From contig CAZLPW010000006.1 of assembly GCA_964561495.1 (NCBI GenBank), forward strand, positions 1 through 62,867: a stretch of 62,867 nt of DNA, in the 5' to 3' direction. The DNA is from an uncultured bacterium (GTDB lineage Bacteria; Fidelibacterota; Marinisomatia; Marinisomatales; UBA1611). The position numbers and the translations under genes are program-made. Shown here in pieces: positions 60,516 to 62,867 of this stretch. Below the pieces are notes generated by a model. The model had not been told where the DNA came from. It ran no database searches and was given only the letters and a program-made list of their open reading frames with translations. How positions within the stretch are numbered: position 1 is the first letter of the stretch; each line of letters begins with the position of its first letter.

Positions 60516-61775
60516 ATGAATCCTTCAATAATAATTCATGGGATTTTATTTAAAAGTATGAACCGAAGTTCAATATTTAATAGGAAGATGGATTTTGAAA
60601 AAAGTCATGGTTCTTACTTGGTAGATAAAGGTAATAATGAAAAGTATCTGGATTTTTTCGGTCAATATTCAACTTTGGCAATAGGTTATAACCATAAAAT
60701 ATTCAACTCACATGAATATATAGAAGAGATAAAGCGTGTCGCACATCAAAAAATTACAAATTGCGAAATTTTATCTGATGAGTCTTCCGAATTTGATAAG
60801 ATGTTTAGAAAATATACTTCTAACGGTTATTTTAGTCACTATCATTATTCATGCACCGGTGCTTTAGCGATTGAGGCTGCAATTAAAACAGCTATGGATT
60901 ATAAAGGCAAAGGGCATCATTCTGTAATAACCTTCAAAGGCAGTTTTCATGGGATAAATTCGTATGGAGGATTTCTAACTTGCCGGTTTGAACCAGTAAA
61001 AAATCGTTTAAAAGATTTTCCTAAGATTATGGAGAAACCATTTGACAACCCAGTGATCAGATATAAGGATAGCAAGAAAATAGTTAATTCTAATTTTGTA
61101 AATGAAGTACTTAATAAAATCGAGCATCGAATTAAATCAAACAATAATGTGTGTGCTATTTTAGTTGAGCCAATTCAGTGCACATATGGAGATTATTATT
61201 TTCCTAATGAATTTTTCACTGGCATTAGAGAGATAGCAAATAGATATGATATTCCTCTTATTTTTGATGAGATTCAAATTGGTTTTGGAGGCACTGGTAA
61301 AATTTGGTTTCATGAGCATTTGCCTATCGTTCCAGATATTTTAGTATTTGGTAAAAAGACTCAACTATCTGGAATAGCTGTACAAAAACAATTCTCCAAA
61401 ATTTTTAAAAATTCAATCAGATTAGAAGTAACATGGGACGCAGATATTATTGATATGATTAGATGCAAATATATAATGAAAGTTTTAAAAGATGAATTAA
61501 TATTGCAAAATGTAAATAAGATGGCAAATAGATTAAAATCAGGCTTAGAGAATATCAAAGAATTAAAAAACTTAAGAAATAAGGGCTTAATATTTGCATT
61601 TGATTTTTCTGATAAACAAAAGAGAGATCTTTTTTTTAATGAATTAATTAATAATCAAATGTTGTGTAATCCAACCCGTGAAAAGACCATAAGACTTCGT
61701 CCGCATCTCTGCGTTAATAAAGATGAGATTGATCATGCCATTAAAATAATCAAAACAGTATCTGAAAAAATATGA
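60516..61775 (+). CDS. Class-III aminotransferase (lysine-6-/ornithine-type omega-aminotransferase-like)
   Basis: 419 aa. Motifs GSYLVDKGNNEKYLDFFGQ, FDEIQIGFGGTGKIWF, VFGKKTQLSG (PLP Lys). Confidence 0.72.
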   Translation: MNPSIIIHGILFKSMNRSSIFNRKMDFEKSHGSYLVDKGNNEKYLDFFGQYSTLAIGYNHKIFNSHEYIEEIKRVAHQKITNCEILSDESSEFDKMFRKYTSNGYFSHYHYSCTGALAIEAAIKTAMDYKGKGHHSVITFKGSFHGINSYGGFLTCRFEPVKNRLKDFPKIMEKPFDNPVIRYKDSKKIVNSNFVNEVLNKIEHRIKSNNNVCAILVEPIQCTYGDYYFPNEFFTGIREIANRYDIPLIFDEIQIGFGGTGKIWFHEHLPIVPDILVFGKKTQLSGIAVQKQFSKIFKNSIRLEVTWDADIIDMIRCKYIMKVLKDELILQNVNKMANRLKSGLENIKELKNLRNKGLIFAFDFSDKQKRDLFFNELINNQMLCNPTREKTIRLRPHLCVNKDEIDHAIKIIKTVSEKI

Positions 61776-62554
61776 AAGTTGCTGTAATCCAACTTAATGC
61801 TGGTAAAAATAAAAAAAAAAATATAGGAAAAGCCTGCTTATTGATAGAAAAAGCAGTCAGTAAAAAAGCAGATTTTGTGTTGTTGCCTGAAGTATTTAAT
61901 TACCGTGGGTCATTAAATGGGATAGAGTTATTTAATGATATTGGCGAACAGATTCCAGGCGAGTCATTATATCCTTTGATTGATATTGCTAAGAAGTACT
62001 GTATACATATCTTGGCTGGTTCAGTATACGAGTGTTCAACAGACGAGCGGAAAGTTTTTAATACAGCCGTGGTGATAAATGACTCGGGTGATATTATTTG
62101 TAAATATAGGAAAATTAATTTGTTCAAAGCTGTTATTGGTGGAAAAGAAATTAATGAAAACAAAACATACTTAGCTGGCGAAGAACCTGCGGCTTTTAAT
62201 ATTAATAAATTTAAGATAGGGCTTGCGATATGCTTTGATCTTAGATTTCCTGAATTGTTCCGTGAATATTTTAATAAAGGCGTAGATATTATAGTATTGC
62301 CTAGTTCTTTCACCACAAGGACTGGGAAGTTACATTGGGAAGTTTTATTGCGTGCAAGAGCCATTGAAAATTATTGTTATATTTTAGCTCCAAACCAATA
62401 TGGTTTTGATGGAAATAGTGTTGAAACTTATGGCCATAGTATGATAGTTAATCCACTTGGCCAAGTTATTGATGTATTACCTGATCAGCAGGATGGTATA
62501 ATTTTGCATGACATATTACCACCAAAACAAAAACTTTTCCCAACTTTAGATTAG
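61772..62554 (+). CDS. Carbon-nitrogen hydrolase (nitrilase superfamily, Nit/omega-amidase-like)
   Basis: 260 aa. The Glu-Lys-Cys triad is in the expected contexts: VLLPEVFN, YRKINLF, GLAICFDLRFPE. ATGA overlap with the aminotransferase. Confidence 0.85.
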   Translation: MKVAVIQLNAGKNKKKNIGKACLLIEKAVSKKADFVLLPEVFNYRGSLNGIELFNDIGEQIPGESLYPLIDIAKKYCIHILAGSVYECSTDERKVFNTAVVINDSGDIICKYRKINLFKAVIGGKEINENKTYLAGEEPAAFNINKFKIGLAICFDLRFPELFREYFNKGVDIIVLPSSFTTRTGKLHWEVLLRARAIENYCYILAPNQYGFDGNSVETYGHSMIVNPLGQVIDVLPDQQDGIILHDILPPKQKLFPTLD

Positions 62555-62555
62555 T

Positions 62556-62867
62556 ATGAATCATAAGAAAATAGAATATCTTAATTATAATTTATCAGAG
62601 GATACCCCACTATATGGTAATGGAGATGGAATTCAATTCAAGCCTGAAAAGGAAATAGCAAAAGGGGATAGTTGTAATACTCTAATATTAACTTTTCCTA
62701 ATCATAGTGGAACCCATATTGATTTCCCTTGTCATTTCAAGCCTAATGGTGAAACAAATAATGATTATCCTCCTGATTTTTGGGAATTTGAAAATGTCGA
62801 GCTTATTGATTTTTCAAATAAAATAAAGGATAACCAGCTTATTGGTCCAGATTTATTTTTGGATAAT
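62556..62867 (+). CDS. Putative cyclase / kynurenine-formamidase-family metal hydrolase (5' fragment, runs off window)
   Basis: Not in the ORF track because no stop lies within the window. My translation from ATG 62556 is open for all 104 codons and contains FPNHSGTHIDFPCHF (the HxGTHxDxPxH zinc motif). Confidence 0.6.
   Translation, partial: MNHKKIEYLNYNLSEDTPLYGNGDGIQFKPEKEIAKGDSCNTLILTFPNHSGTHIDFPCHFKPNGETNNDYPPDFWEFENVELIDFSNKIKDNQLIGPDLFLDN

Overview
This is an AT-rich 62.9-kb window. All 56 CDS I consider credible lie on the + strand. They are tightly packed, with many ATGA/TAATG start-stop overlaps, and mostly lack Shine-Dalgarno sequences. Eight starts appear to be GTG or TTG. I recognised no rRNA, tRNA, CRISPR array, IS element or recombinase catalytic domain. 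Every minus-strand ORF in the track looks like an antisense shadow. All family calls come from motifs read by eye; no database search was possible.

Content by block:
(1) 255-3894: exopolysaccharide priming block, with two GT4 glycosyltransferases and a polyprenyl-phosphate hexose-1-P transferase.
(2) 3995-17633: a mixed block. It holds an APH-fold kinase translationally coupled to a class-III PLP enzyme, a secreted GH2 beta-galactosidase, ribD-ribE-ribBA-ribH, and an (alpha/alpha)6 glycosidase-like ORF. It also holds a Cys/Thr-type proline-racemase-family enzyme (trans-3-hydroxy-L-proline dehydratase type), a nucleotidyltransferase and an ornithine-cyclodeaminase/mu-crystallin family reductase.
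(3) 17657-23813: UDP-xylose synthase, a GT2, a stand-alone heptose-7-P kinase, and a 1099-aa gingipain (C25) homologue ending in a dockerin-like module.
(4) 24030-62867: a very large surface-glycan locus. It contains WbpE/B/D/A-like genes (UDP-2,3-diacetamido-glucuronate type), a fused ATP sulfurylase/APS kinase, rfbC-rfbB-rfbA, a Wza-like exporter, Wzz and a UDP-GlcA 4-epimerase. It also contains a phosphonate module: a cytidylyltransferase-PEP mutase fusion, phosphonopyruvate decarboxylase, an Fe-alcohol dehydrogenase, a TagF-like transferase and a membrane alkaline-phosphatase-fold protein. The rest is a legionaminic-acid-type nonulosonate pathway interrupted by an ACP/ligase/SDR acyl module and followed by a long tail of tailoring genes.

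Most interesting:
(a) A TGGTAGTT motif occurs about 10 times as phased pairs in the two large intergenic regions that head the glycan operons. One array lies directly upstream of a membrane protein whose N-terminus resembles an integrase arm-type DNA-binding domain.
(b) A Fom1-like phosphonate-activation and transfer module predicts a 2-hydroxyethylphosphonate-decorated glycan.
(c) The nonulosonate pathway carries an ACP-dependent N-acylation module and a second cytidylyltransferase fused to a cupin.
(d) A scattered set of genes could together dismantle collagen-type glycosylated hydroxylysine and 3-hydroxyproline.

The host cannot be determined from the sequence. The features are compatible with an uncultured marine FCB-group (Bacteroidota/Marinimicrobia-like) bacterium.
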